Part shown: one piece after another, positions 30,616 to 39,800 of the stretch | Position numbering within the stretch: the first letter of the stretch is position 1 | Layout of the letters: each line of letters opens with the position of its first letter | From: Gemmatimonas sp. | GTDB taxonomy: Bacteria > Gemmatimonadota > Gemmatimonadetes > Gemmatimonadales > Gemmatimonadaceae | Assembly: GCA_031414535.1 (NCBI GenBank) | Contig: JANNVQ010000009.1 | Location: 1-49,807 of the forward strand | DNA: 49,807 bases | Direction: 5' to 3' | Program-made: the position numbers and the translations under genes | The notes under the pieces: model-generated | What the model was told of the DNA's origin: nothing | Databases searched by the model: none | The model's input: only the letters and a program-made list of their open reading frames with translations

Positions 30616-30754
30616 GTATAACGTTTGCTTCTGCTGCAGCCGCTTCCATAAAAAGCAGTTGTGGGGCATCCGCAGGCTGTCCCATGTACGTTAACGCCGC
30701 CGCCCCACAACTGCATCCGCACCCGCGGCTGTCAGTCAGCAAGCGTCGTTATAC
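30616..30754 (-). repeat. attC site 1
   Basis: gtataac...gcagttgtgggg/ccccacaactgc...gttatac. Confidence 0.9.
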
Positions 30755-30979
30755 GGCGGCCTCGCGCGCCGGACGCCAGGTGAGCGCCAACTTGCGCTCC
30801 GATGCCGCGCAGTCGCGCAGATACAGGTTGATGAGGCTTTGGTAGGGCAGTTCGGTCTCTTCGGCGAGCGCCTTGAAGTACTCGACCGTCGAGTCGTCCA
30901 AGCGGATCGTCACGGAGCGCTTGAGCCGCTTCGCGTACGGATTCTTCTTGGCCTTGGAGAAGTCGTAGTGCTTTCTCAT
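30749..30979 (-). CDS. BrnA/CopG-like antitoxin (cassette 2)
   Basis: MRKHYDFSKAKKNPYAKRLKRSVTIRLD...YFK...PYQSLINLYL; stop lies inside the attC core. Confidence 0.88.
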   Translation of the reverse strand: MRKHYDFSKAKKNPYAKRLKRSVTIRLDDSTVEYFKALAEETELPYQSLINLYLRDCAASERKLALTWRPAREAAV

Positions 30980-31272
30980 TTAGATCTCTGAGCGGCATAG
31001 GAGGCACGCTCGCCGCGATCCGCCTTTCGCGCCGAGATGATACGGATGACGTCACCGTCTTCGCGCTCACAGTGGATGACGACGAGTGCGCGGAGTGCCG
31101 CGCTGAGTCCGACGAGGACCAGACGCTCCTCGTCATCCGAATGATCGGGGTCCGCGATGATCAAGCCCTCGGCATCTTCGAAGGCCGTGCGCGCCTCCTC
31201 GAAGCTCACGCCGTGCTTGCGGAGGTTCGCGGCCGCCTTTGCGGGGTCCCAGTCAAAGCGGAGAGCGCTCAT
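30976..31272 (-). CDS. BrnT-family (DUF497) toxin (cassette 2)
   Basis: FDWDPAKAAANLRKHGVSFEEA...DPDHS..EER...IRIISARKA. Confidence 0.92.
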   Translation of the reverse strand: MSALRFDWDPAKAAANLRKHGVSFEEARTAFEDAEGLIIADPDHSDDEERLVLVGLSAALRALVVIHCEREDGDVIRIISARKADRGERASYAAQRSK

Positions 31273-31278
31273 ACAGAC

Positions 31279-31306
31279 AATGTATGTACGCTGTAATGCC
31301 CGTCAA
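31279..31306 (-). promoter_or_regulatory. Putative sigma70 promoter of the cassette-2 TA operon
   Basis: TTGACG-16 nt-TACATT, ending 6 nt before the ATG. Confidence 0.55.
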
Positions 31307-31331
31307 GGTTCCCAGGCCGGGGAGGCCGTCC

Positions 31332-31466
31332 GGATAACGTGTGCTTCTGCTGTGGACGCTCATATAAAAAGGGTTGGGCGGGGTCGCCGCAACCAACCTC
31401 GGGCATCACGGTGACCCCGCCCAACCCATCCTTCGCTGCGGCCAGCGGCAGCACGCGTCGTTATGC
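31332..31466 (-). repeat. attC site 2
   Basis: ggataac...gggttgggcgggg/ccccgcccaaccc...gttatgc. Confidence 0.9.
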
Positions 31467-31772
31467 CGACCTCGCGCGAGACTTCCGGCGGCCCGTCCGC
31501 ATCCCCGCGACGTAGCTCCGCAACACCGCATTCATGCGCGTCTGATAGCGCGGACCGCTCGTGCGAAACCACTCGAGCACATCTTCGTCCACCCGCAGCG
31601 AGATGGCGCGCTTCGGCGTCGGCACCGTGAGCGTGGCGGACTCCCAGAAGTCCGCCGGCAAGCTGGCGAGCTCGGGCGGCGCGGTGCGCGCAATCTCGGC
31701 GTCGCTCACGCGCCGCAGCTGCTCGAGCTTCGCGCGGCCGCGGCTAGGCTTCTTGGTCGTAGGCTTGGTCAT
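31461..31772 (-). CDS. BrnA-family antitoxin (cassette 3)
   Basis: PKRAISLRVDEDVLEWFRTSGPRYQTRMNAVLRSY. Confidence 0.92.
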   Translation of the reverse strand: MTKPTTKKPSRGRAKLEQLRRVSDAEIARTAPPELASLPADFWESATLTVPTPKRAISLRVDEDVLEWFRTSGPRYQTRMNAVLRSYVAGMRTGRRKSRARSA

Positions 31773-32037
31773 AGGCTTTGCGCTCCCGTCGGTTGCTCCG
31801 CCGCGCCGAGATGATGCGGCGGATGGTGTCGCGGGTGCCGGGCCGATCCGTGTAGACGACGGTCAGGTGCAGGCCGTCCGCCAGGCCAATCGCGATGGTG
31901 CGCAACTCTCCGTAGTCTGCGCGGTCGTCGACGCGCTCCAGCGTCGGGCCGTCAAAGACGAGCGAGGCGAACGCGAAATCAAAGCCTCGCGCCGCATAGT
32001 TCGCCGCGCTCTTGCGCGCATCCCAGGAGAATCGCAC
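31744..32037 (-). CDS. BrnT-family toxin (cassette 3)
   Basis: FSWDARKSAAN...GFDF...DYGELR...RRIISARRSNRRER. Confidence 0.92.
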   Translation of the reverse strand: MRFSWDARKSAANYAARGFDFAFASLVFDGPTLERVDDRADYGELRTIAIGLADGLHLTVVYTDRPGTRDTIRRIISARRSNRRERKAYDQAYDQEA

Positions 32038-32042
32038 TTAGT

Positions 32043-32071
32043 AGTATACATCTGTATATACACGAATGCAA
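32043..32071 (-). promoter_or_regulatory. Putative sigma70 promoter with overlapping palindromic operator (cassette-3 TA)
   Basis: TTGCAT-17 nt-TATACT, 5 nt before the GTG; palindrome TATACA-TC-TGTATA overlaps the -10. Confidence 0.65.
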
Positions 32072-32081
32072 GTCCGGTGCG

Positions 32082-32176
32082 GCGTAACGTGTGCTTCTGC
32101 TGCAGACACTCCATAAAATGCGGGCGCGAAGCGACCGCTTCAATAGCGTGGCTGTCGGCAGCAAGCGGCGTTAGGG
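32082..32176 (-). repeat. attC site 3 (short 95-bp type)
   Basis: gcgtaacgtgtgcttctgctgc...ggcagcaagcggcgttaggg. Confidence 0.88.
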
Positions 32177-32190
32177 CGCTCGCGCCCAAC

Positions 32191-32607
32191 CTACTCTGTC
32201 GGCTGCAGCTGCGCCGTGAGTCCGACGGTCTGAACGTGGCACACACCGCCGACCACGGAGACGCCGGTCGCGACCCACTCCGCATAGCCGGGCCGTCGTA
32301 CGGTGACCGTGTAAGTGCCCGCGCGCTCCCAGGAGTTCTGCGTTACGAGTGGCGCGGCGTCATCGTAGGGAGCGGACGCCGAGATCGAATCGACGAACGC
32401 ACCGTCCCGCAGGATGAGTGTCGATCCTTCTGCGATGGGAAGCCCCGACACCGCGTCTTTGACGAGCACGACAACCGAAGCGCGCGCCTCGCGAGTGCAC
32501 ACCGGTGACTCCGTGAAGGCCTCGCAGCCCACGGTGGTGGCGAGAAACAAGAGAGAGGCGGTCCGAGCGACACGCCGATTGTGCGTTGAGCGCATAGATA
32601 AATGCAT
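32191..32607 (-). CDS. Lipoprotein with carboxypeptidase regulatory-like domain (cassette 4)
   Basis: Lipobox VGC; VKDAVSGLPI...ERAGTYTVTVRRPGY. Start uncertain. Confidence 0.7.
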   Translation of the reverse strand: MHLSMRSTHNRRVARTASLLFLATTVGCEAFTESPVCTREARASVVVLVKDAVSGLPIAEGSTLILRDGAFVDSISASAPYDDAAPLVTQNSWERAGTYTVTVRRPGYAEWVATGVSVVGGVCHVQTVGLTAQLQPTE

Positions 32608-32716
32608 TGAAGGAGCGTGTCTCAATCCTACCCCAGGAACCGCACCCTTGTCACGACCGGCTGACCACGACAAGCGCCGTACGTCACGATGAGAACGAGC
32701 GGAGCTATCTCGGTCG

Positions 32717-32854
32717 CCCTAACGTGTGCTTCTGCTGCAGCCGCTTCCATAAAAAGCAGTGGTGGGGCGACCGCAGGGCGTCCCACTACGTTAACGCCAG
32801 CGCCCCACCACTGCATCCTTACCCGCGGCTGTCAGTCAGCAAGCGTCGTTAGCC
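32717..32854 (-). repeat. attC site 4
   Basis: ccctaac...gcagtggtgggg/ccccaccactgc...gttagcc. Confidence 0.9.
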
Positions 32855-32879
32855 GGCCGCGCGGCGAGCGCCGGCCGAT

Positions 32880-33365
32880 TCATTCGCACCGCGGCTGGGG
32901 AGCCGGGGTCGGCGGCCGCTCCCCTGGCTGGAGGACGACGAACGGCCGACGGTCATCCTGGTGCGCGATGCGTCCGCGCACGAGTTGACGCACGGCCACG
33001 CCTTGTTCGCGCGCGGCGTCGTACCGCCAGCGCTCAAGCGAGCGGAGCACCGCGTCCGCAAATGCCGGTGTGGAAGTGCTCAGTACACGTGCGGACTGCA
33101 GGACGGGGGTTCCAGCTTGATCCACGACGAACTCCAACTCGGCAATGAGGCAGCGGATGCCGTCGGGAAACACGGCGCCCACCGGTCTCGCGGTGCGGCG
33201 CAGGCGCGCTGGCACATCGACGGCGCACGGCGCGAAGACGGGAGCGGTCCCGAAGCGTGCACTGTCGGTCGCTATTGGAGCGCAAACATCTGAGGTCGGC
33301 TCCGCCTGTGCGGTGATGGCGCCCAAGGGAAGGAGCAGGGCTAATAAAACGGAACGTGGAGTCAT
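32880..33365 (-). CDS. Secreted protein with TonB C-terminal-like domain (cassette 5)
   Basis: Signal peptide; LEFVVDQAG...RVLS...FADAV...WRYDAA...GVAVRQLV. Confidence 0.75.
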   Translation of the reverse strand: MTPRSVLLALLLPLGAITAQAEPTSDVCAPIATDSARFGTAPVFAPCAVDVPARLRRTARPVGAVFPDGIRCLIAELEFVVDQAGTPVLQSARVLSTSTPAFADAVLRSLERWRYDAAREQGVAVRQLVRGRIAHQDDRRPFVVLQPGERPPTPAPQPRCE

Positions 33366-33399
33366 TCAATCCGAAACCTGAGAGGGATTGTGAGAGTCC

Positions 33400-33536
33400 G
33401 GCTAACGTGTGCTTCTGCTGCAGCCGCTTCCATAAAAAGCAGTTGTGGGGCGGCCGCAGGTCGTCCCATTACGATAACGCGGGCGCCCCACAACTGCATC
33501 CTTCGCTGCGGCTGTCGGCAGCAAGCGTCGTTAGCT
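33400..33536 (-). repeat. attC site 5
   Basis: ggctaac...gttagct. Confidence 0.9.
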
Positions 33537-34094
33537 TGTACGCGCGCTCGGATCACGCGGTGTGGTCACCGGCGGCGCATCGGGGCAGAAGAGGCTAGGG
33601 ATCGCGGCAGGTAACCCGCTGGCATAGAGCATCATGACGTGACCGCCGGCGGGACGCGGCATTGCGGGCATTGTTTGCACGACGAGACTTGGCGAGTACC
33701 ACCGGAGCCCTCCGCCAACACAGCGGTGCGCCACGAGCCCCTGCGCGGTGAATGCGTCATCGAGCGAATCCAGCGCGACGCGCACGCGTGCGGTATCGGA
33801 GAACACGCGCTCATACGTGAGGGAGGTCCAGCCAAGGATGGAATCGCGCGTGGCAGTCACGGTGCTGAACTCCGCGCCGCGCGTCACCGTCGGCCACTGG
33901 CAATGCTCGGCGCCAGGGACGGGACCGAGATACTCGCCGCGCGGGCCGCGATTCCGACAGACCGGATCCGTGCGACCGCCGCTCAATGCTGCGGCGAGGC
34001 CGACGGCGGTTAGTGGCGTGGCCTCTTGCTTTGGCTCACACGCGAGCAACGCGGAGACGAGCAAGAGCATGAGCGTGCGATGCGTCAGACTCAT
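33531..34094 (-). CDS. Hypothetical lipoprotein (cassette 6)
   Basis: Lipobox LLAC; fills the cassette; stop inside the attC core. Confidence 0.7.
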   Translation of the reverse strand: MSLTHRTLMLLLVSALLACEPKQEATPLTAVGLAAALSGGRTDPVCRNRGPRGEYLGPVPGAEHCQWPTVTRGAEFSTVTATRDSILGWTSLTYERVFSDTARVRVALDSLDDAFTAQGLVAHRCVGGGLRWYSPSLVVQTMPAMPRPAGGHVMMLYASGLPAAIPSLFCPDAPPVTTPRDPSARTS

Positions 34095-34112
34095 GGAGGG
34101 TTGGAAGTATCA

Positions 34113-34247
34113 AGCTAACGTGTGCTTCTGCTGCAGCCGCTTCCATAAAAGCAGTTGTGGGGCGGCCGCAGGACGTCCCATAGAATAGTGCGGGCGCCCC
34201 ACAACTGCTACCGAACTCGCGGCTGTCGGCAGCAAGCGTCGTTATGG
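34113..34247 (-). repeat. attC site 6
   Basis: agctaac...gttatgg. Confidence 0.9.
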
Positions 34248-34937
34248 AGCAGCGCGCCGGAACGCTGCGTCCGGAATGTCGAGAACGAGCGGGTAGTGAT
34301 CGCTCATCAGTGACCATTGCGGACCACGCAATACCGCCGCCGTCGCGGATTCAATCCAGCTGAGCGGCACGAATGCGTAGTCCAAGTAGAACTCGCGACT
34401 ACCAGTGCGATACGTGCCAGTGCGCTCGTCACCGTGCGGGACGTACTCTTGGTGATGATAGACACTGTTCAGGCCGCGCACGGATAGCGATGAAACCAAC
34501 TTCGGATGCGAGGCGCGCTGCGCAACGACACGCGTGTTCGAGTTCAGGTCGCCCGCGAGAATCGTCCGCGTGACCGTTTCGTCCGGTAGATAGGTGTCGA
34601 CGACGCGACGGAGAATACCTCCGTAAGTCAGCCGTCCCTGCTCGACGGGCCAGACTGCAGCCAGCGCAAACGCGACTGGGCCACGCACCTGAAGCAGCGC
34701 GGACTGCGGAATTGCGACGTCGGACTGAATCACCGCAGCGGAGTATCCATTCCGAGTCCAGACCGCGAGCTTCGCGGAAGCGTCCTCACCCCACGACCAG
34801 GCGGCGCCTTCCGGGTTCGCAGGGCCTTCCGACACGACCAGAATGTCCGCGTTCAACGGATCGAGGAGCGCGAGCACCTCCTCAGACGAGCGATGCTTTC
34901 GAATCGCGCAGTTGGCATTCCATGCGACAAGCCGCAA
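34242..34937 (-). CDS. Endonuclease/exonuclease/phosphatase-family protein (cassette 7)
   Basis: (M)RLVAWN, DILVVSE, LAGDLN, YLDYAF, SDHYPL. TTG start after GGAGA; the longer ORF call reads through the attC. Confidence 0.85.
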   Translation of the reverse strand: MRLVAWNANCAIRKHRSSEEVLALLDPLNADILVVSEGPANPEGAAWSWGEDASAKLAVWTRNGYSAAVIQSDVAIPQSALLQVRGPVAFALAAVWPVEQGRLTYGGILRRVVDTYLPDETVTRTILAGDLNSNTRVVAQRASHPKLVSSLSVRGLNSVYHHQEYVPHGDERTGTYRTGSREFYLDYAFVPLSWIESATAAVLRGPQWSLMSDHYPLVLDIPDAAFRRAAP

Positions 34938-34950
34938 TTGGTCTATGTCT

Positions 34951-35086
34951 CCATAACGTGTGCTTCTGCTGTGGACGCTCATATAAAAAGGGTTTGGCGG
35001 GGCCTCCGCAACCAAGCCCGGGTCATCGCGGAGGCCCCGCCAAACCCATCCGCATCCGCGGCCATCAGCAGCAAGCGTCGTTAGCG
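34951..35086 (-). repeat. attC site 7
   Basis: ccataac...gggtttggcgggg/ccccgccaaaccc...gttagcg. Confidence 0.9.
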
Positions 35087-35110
35087 TGCGCGCGACCACG
35101 CCCCGCCTCG

Positions 35111-35902
35111 TCAGCGCCCCGTCCAGATCGCGATGATGCCGCAGGCGCCGCGTCCGCCCATTGCTCGCGACTGAATCTCGGACGGTGCGGTCGCTGCGCT
35201 CGGATAGACCTCGATGGCCGCGATCTCCAAGCCATTTACGAATTCCTCGATGCTTGTATCCCGCTCGTTCCGCCGCCGCGTGCCGCGCGAATCAATCGAG
35301 GTGTTCCCTGTCGCATTCTCCTCGAGTGTGCCCTGCACACGTGAGCCATCGACGAGAATCGTGTACCCACAGCCGCCGCGACCGAGCAGCACCGCAAGCT
35401 GACGGGCGCCGCTGCGCCCGATGCGCACGTACCGGGACTCGGACAGCGCGCGGGACACCGTGCCGGGAGAGAGGCGTTCAAGGTCCTCGGGCATGATGAA
35501 CTCACCGGTGTACGCGCCGCGCCGTACCCGTTCGATGCGATCGTAGAAGCCGCGGGTGACGAGCAGGTTGTTGCGGCGATCAGATATCACCACGGCCGAC
35601 AGCTCGCGTGCGACCGGACTGAGGCGGATATCGTGCACCCGACCATCTGCGCTGAGTACGGAGCTGCTTGGCAAAAAGCCAATGCGACGCACCTGCACGG
35701 TAACCGAGCTGACGCGCGCGGGCAGGTCGAACGCGGCGAGCCCGAGGCTGTCGGCGACGCGCCGACCGCCCGGATTCGCCTCGATGACGGCGTACGGAAT
35801 AGCGATGCCGGTGGTGTCGGAGACGCGTACACTGAAGCGCGTTTGCGCCGCCAGTACGGTTGGCGCACAAGCCACCAACACCGCGCAAATGATGAGCTTC
35901 AT
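35111..35902 (-). CDS. Secreted protein with carboxypeptidase regulatory-like domain and TonB plug-like C-terminus (cassette 8)
   Basis: Signal peptide; VSDTTGIAIPYA...VRRIGF; GFYDR; IAAIEVY...CGIIAIWT. Confidence 0.75.
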   Translation of the reverse strand: MKLIICAVLVACAPTVLAAQTRFSVRVSDTTGIAIPYAVIEANPGGRRVADSLGLAAFDLPARVSSVTVQVRRIGFLPSSSVLSADGRVHDIRLSPVARELSAVVISDRRNNLLVTRGFYDRIERVRRGAYTGEFIMPEDLERLSPGTVSRALSESRYVRIGRSGARQLAVLLGRGGCGYTILVDGSRVQGTLEENATGNTSIDSRGTRRRNERDTSIEEFVNGLEIAAIEVYPSAATAPSEIQSRAMGGRGACGIIAIWTGR

Positions 35903-35934
35903 ATGCGTCCCCTCACTCGGAAGTCGGCTTGTCA

Positions 35935-36070
35935 CGCTAACGTGTGCTTCTGCTGCAGCCGCTTCCATAAAAAGCAGTTGTGGGGCGCCCGCAGGACGTC
36001 CCATAGAATAGTGCGAACGCCCCACAACTGCATCCTTCGCTGCGGCTGACGGCAGCAAGCGTCGTTACAC
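35935..36070 (-). repeat. attC site 8
   Basis: cgctaac...gttacac. Confidence 0.9.
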
Positions 36071-36087
36071 GGCCGCCGCGGACGCGA

Positions 36088-36378
36088 CTAGAACGCGCGC
36101 GGTGTTTGCTGGCGACCGTGCACAATGGTCAAGAGTTCGATGGCGTCCGCGTGCACTTTGTAGAACACGCGATGATGCTCGATGACCAACTCGCGCACGT
36201 CGAGATCCTCGCCTTCCGGCGCATGCTTGCCCATCAGCGGATGTGCACAGAGTAACTGCAGGCGATAGTCGATGTGGGCGACCACGCTTTCGGCGTAGAT
36301 GTCCGAGGTGCGGCTGATAAACTCGGCAATGCCCGCGAGGTCCGTGACGGCGCGCTCCGTCCAGCGGAGCGGGAGCAC
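36088..36378 (-). CDS. RelE/ParE-family toxin (cassette 9)
   Basis: LRWTERAVTDL..IAEFI...HPLMG...VRELVIEHHRVFY...LTIVHGRQ. Confidence 0.9.
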   Translation of the reverse strand: MLPLRWTERAVTDLAGIAEFISRTSDIYAESVVAHIDYRLQLLCAHPLMGKHAPEGEDLDVRELVIEHHRVFYKVHADAIELLTIVHGRQQTPRAF

Positions 36379-36581
36379 TAGGCGGGACGACGAATGCGCG
36401 CGCGGACGCGAGCGAGTGCCGTCTCGTGGTCGACGGTGCGACCCGCGGTCGCATCGGCGAGGCCCTGTTCGATGGCCTGGCGCACATAGACCTCATACGC
36501 GAGATCATCCCAGCCAGCCCCTTGGGGGAGCTGGTCGACCAGTCGCTTCGCGTCGTCGCGGATGTCAGGGGCGTCGGCCAT
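36378..36581 (-). CDS. Putative antitoxin (cassette 9)
   Basis: LVDQLP...WDDLAYEVYVRQAIEQGLAD...GRTVDHE; coupled to the toxin. Confidence 0.85.
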   Translation of the reverse strand: MADAPDIRDDAKRLVDQLPQGAGWDDLAYEVYVRQAIEQGLADATAGRTVDHETALARVRARIRRPA

Positions 36582-36647
36582 GCTTGGAACCTGTGGCAGA
36601 AGAGTGCGGGGCGCAACTGCGGCGACCGCGAAGTCAGTGGCGAGTCC

Positions 36648-36783
36648 GTGTAACGTTTGCTTCTGCTGTGGACGCTCATATAAAAAGGGTTTGGCGGGGC
36701 CTCCGCAACCAAGCCCAGGTCATCGCGGAGGCCCCGCCAAACCCATCCGCACCCGCGGCCATCGGCAGCAAGCGTCGTTATGC
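36648..36783 (-). repeat. attC site 9
   Basis: gtgtaac...gttatgc; nearly identical to site 7. Confidence 0.9.
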
Positions 36784-36788
36784 GGCAC

Positions 36789-37517
36789 TCACGGCTGCTT
36801 GAGTGGGGGCTTCCGAATCTCCGCGAGCTTCTGGTTAAGAGCCGAGCGTTTCGCTGCAGCACGAGCGGGAGCGACGTAGAAGTGGTCCGCGAGCTCCTCC
36901 AGTACGTCGAGAAGCCATTCCGCCTCGCCTTCCTCGACGTCGACCACCGCACCAGAGTTCGTGGACTTCGTGGGATGCGCTGCGAAGTTGCCTACCTGCC
37001 GAATCGCATCCACGTTCTGAGCAATCTCATGGGGGAGGCGAGGCAAGATCTCCTCGATCTGATCCGCGAGGTCTCTTTTCGTAACTTTGCCAGCATCAAC
37101 AAGAATGAACTGAAGGCAGCGCCGCGAGAGCGCTGCGGATGCCTTTCTGCTCATGGGCAGCACTGCCACCGCTTCCTGAAAGTCGGCAACGAAAGTCGGG
37201 GCGGCGGAGGCAACCTCCGCGGGCAGCGGGCGCTGAGCGCCCGCGGGAAAGACCAAACCCGGTGTGCGAAGCGTGGTTCCGTTGGGCGCCGTGGCCGAGA
37301 CGACGCTGACAATCGGAAGCCCGCAGATAGGGCAGCTACACGAAGCTACGTTCACGCGTGAGCCGCCGGTGAGGAGCACGGTCAATTCATTCGCGTCCCA
37401 TGACCGCGAGAACGCAGTGATCGAAGCACTCTCGAACCGCACGCCTGTTCGGCAGTGGGGGCAGATGCCAGTTGAACCACTTCGTGGGGAACGCACCAGT
37501 AAGCCTCCAGTCCGCAT
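36789..37517 (-). CDS. DUF4145 (HEPN-like) protein with N-terminal CxxC...CxxC Zn ribbon (cassette 10)
   Basis: CPHC...CPIC; ASAALSRRCLQ; IRQVGNFAAHP. The ATG lies within the GTTATGC core. Confidence 0.82.
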   Translation of the reverse strand: MRTGGLLVRSPRSGSTGICPHCRTGVRFESASITAFSRSWDANELTVLLTGGSRVNVASCSCPICGLPIVSVVSATAPNGTTLRTPGLVFPAGAQRPLPAEVASAAPTFVADFQEAVAVLPMSRKASAALSRRCLQFILVDAGKVTKRDLADQIEEILPRLPHEIAQNVDAIRQVGNFAAHPTKSTNSGAVVDVEEGEAEWLLDVLEELADHFYVAPARAAAKRSALNQKLAEIRKPPLKQP

Positions 37518-37651
37518 AACGTGGGCTTCTGCTGTGAACGCTTCAATAAGACGCAGTTGCGGGGCGGCCGCTAGACCGCTCGTCGGTCGATAAGGCGGCC
37601 GCCCCGCAACTGCCACCGCACCGCGTTCATCGGCAGCAAGCGTCGTTATGG
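37514..37651 (-). repeat. attC site 10
   Basis: gcataac...gcagttgcgggg/ccccgcaactgc...gttatgg. Confidence 0.9.
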
Positions 37652-38164
37652 CGCGCGCGGCGGCGCGTCGGGAATGCGCTCCCATATGAGCACCACGCCA
37701 TTCGTCGTTGGCTGGCCGTCCGGCCCCGTGATGACACGAAGCTCAACCCGATTGCCCGGCAAGAAGCGATAGCCGCGGACCAAGGAGCGGCCGATCCAAT
37801 CGGGATCCATCGCGCCCTCGACTCGGTGCGTGACCGTGCGTGCCACGGTATCAACGGCGTAAGTGCCGTAGTAGGTCGCAAGGCCGATGAGTGCAATCCG
37901 CGCTGCCTCCGGGGTTGCCTGGGTCCACTCGCGAACCCCGAGGCCCGGTCTCCGCTCGTCGTAGAGTTGCGCCGACATCACACCGTTCGCCGAGTACCGG
38001 ATGATACCGAGTGGTCGGGGGCCCCAGTAGAGGCTCACACTTCCGGCAGAGTCTGGCTGTACGATGGACACGAGACGCCAGTCGCCCACTAGCGCTGAAG
38101 TGCCTTGGGCGCGCGCCGCGACTGGGAGAGCGACAAGCAGCAGGGCCAGGCAGTTGCGAAGCAT
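37646..38164 (-). CDS. Secreted lipocalin-like domain protein (cassette 11)
   Basis: LVGDWRLVS...GIIRYSANGVMSAQL...YYGTY.VD...VTHRV...LIWER. Confidence 0.85.
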   Translation of the reverse strand: MLRNCLALLLVALPVAARAQGTSALVGDWRLVSIVQPDSAGSVSLYWGPRPLGIIRYSANGVMSAQLYDERRPGLGVREWTQATPEAARIALIGLATYYGTYAVDTVARTVTHRVEGAMDPDWIGRSLVRGYRFLPGNRVELRVITGPDGQPTTNGVVLIWERIPDAPPRAP

Positions 38165-38223
38165 CTAGAATCCTCAGGACCGTGTGCAAAAGATCGTGCT
38201 TCGCGGCGATGTCAGTTGTGTCG

Positions 38224-38361
38224 CCATAACGTGTGCTTCTGCTGTGAACGCTTCAATAAGAAGGGTTTGGCGGGGCGTCCGCAACAAGTCCTAGGTCATC
38301 ACGGACGCCCCGCCAAACCCAATCTGCACCCGCGTTCATCGGCAGCAAGCGACCGTTATGT
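38224..38361 (-). repeat. attC site 11
   Basis: ccataac...gttatgt. Confidence 0.9.
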
Positions 38362-38447
38362 TGCGCATCGCAGCCGCTGACACCCGGACATTGGCGAGCG
38401 TTCGGCAGAGCATTACAAGCCAGCCCCCCGCGCAGTAGATTCTGGGC

Positions 38448-39050
38448 GTGGAGCACTACGCGCAGATGCTCGCAATCGCCCGGACCATCAGCCGCGTCCC
38501 CGATGACGCGGAAGATCTGTTGCAGGATGCGCTGCTCGAGGCCCTTCGCAGCGGCCGCACCGACTTCTCGCAGACGGCGACGCTGCGGTGGCTGACCGGC
38601 ACCATGCGAAACTTGGCCGCCATGGCGGCGCGCACCGCGTATCGCCGCCGACTGCGGGACACGTCGTGGTCCGGTGAGCGCGATGCCGTGGAGACGCCAC
38701 GCCTAATCCCCTCGCCGTGGCGCGATGACCCGCGAGTCGCTGAAGCCGTAGCGGCTCTGCCGCCCTCGCTGCGCCGCGTGGCGGAGTTGGCGCTTTCAGG
38801 CCTAGACCGCGACGAAATCGCTTGGATCCTTGGCGTCTCCGACGTCGCGCTCCGCCAACGCATCTCGGCGCTGCGCAAGCGATTGGGCGCCCTCGACTCC
38901 GCGCCGACGGCCCCTGGTGGCCTTCACCTTCCTATTGGTCTCATCCGGCGCGCCCTTCTCCCCGTCGTACGGGCCAAGCAGTCGCCCGGGAGCCACGACC
39001 CGGATGGACACCTCATTGTGCTGACCCAGCGGCCGCGCCCCGGAACCTGA
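38448..39050 (+). CDS. ECF-type RNA polymerase sigma factor (cassette 12, inverted orientation)
   Basis: Region 2 DAEDLLQDALL...WL; region 4 LPPSLRRV...EIAWILGVS..ALRQRIS; C-terminal extension SHDPDGHL. Confidence 0.85.
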   Translation: MEHYAQMLAIARTISRVPDDAEDLLQDALLEALRSGRTDFSQTATLRWLTGTMRNLAAMAARTAYRRRLRDTSWSGERDAVETPRLIPSPWRDDPRVAEAVAALPPSLRRVAELALSGLDRDEIAWILGVSDVALRQRISALRKRLGALDSAPTAPGGLHLPIGLIRRALLPVVRAKQSPGSHDPDGHLIVLTQRPRPGT

Positions 39051-39125
39051 GCGACCTCACGATTCCGGCGTCGGCGGCAACAGAGAAGTGTTCACGAGTC
39101 ACCCTCCCTAAGATCTGAGGTCACA

Positions 39126-39506
39126 ATGCTTCGCAATGTTCGAATCGATAACGTCGTCTTCATGGTTGCCGATCTGGCGCGCACCGAGCGCTTTTACGCC
39201 GGCGTCGTCGGTCTCACCGTGGAGCGGCAAGCCGATGACGACGGCGGCCCATCCATGCTGATCGCCCGCATCCCTGGCAATCTTGATCTCATCTTCTTTG
39301 AGGGCGAGGTGAAGCCGGGCAACTCGCCGATCCTTGTTTTTACGCTCGCGGAGGGCGGAATCGACAGCGTGGTCGATGAACTCGTCGCGGCCGGGTCGAC
39401 GATCGTTACGCCAGTCAGCCATGCTCCCGGTGGCTGGAGCGCAGACTTTGCGGATCCCGATGGGTACGTGCTCAGCGTGTACCAAGAGGCGCGTTTGGCG
39501 CGCTAG
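39126..39506 (+). CDS. VOC/glyoxalase-family protein (cassette 12)
   Basis: IDNVVFMVADLARTERFY...FADPDGY; GAGG RBS. Confidence 0.9.
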   Translation: MLRNVRIDNVVFMVADLARTERFYAGVVGLTVERQADDDGGPSMLIARIPGNLDLIFFEGEVKPGNSPILVFTLAEGGIDSVVDELVAAGSTIVTPVSHAPGGWSADFADPDGYVLSVYQEARLAR

Positions 39507-39694
39507 AAGGCGGATCCGATTGGGGTCGCATGTCTCGAATTGCTGCCGACCGCTCTCGCTCGGGCGGCGGCTGGCCAAACGTCGTCGAATATCGGCCGAG
39601 ACGGGTATTGACGAACGGACTTCGGACACCCCAGCTCGCTTCGCGTTCAAACGTGCCATCTGATCTCGTCGCCTATCGGATCTCGGCTTCGTCA

Positions 39695-39789
39695 ACATAA
39701 CGTGTGCTTCTGCTGCGGACACTCCATAAAATGCGGCCGCGCAGCGGCCGCTTCAATAGCGTGGCCGTCGGCAGCAAGATTCGTTATGC
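39695..39789 (-). repeat. attC site 12 (short 95-bp type)
   Basis: acataac...gttatgc; similar to site 3. Confidence 0.88.
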
Positions 39790-39800
39790 CGCGACCCTCA

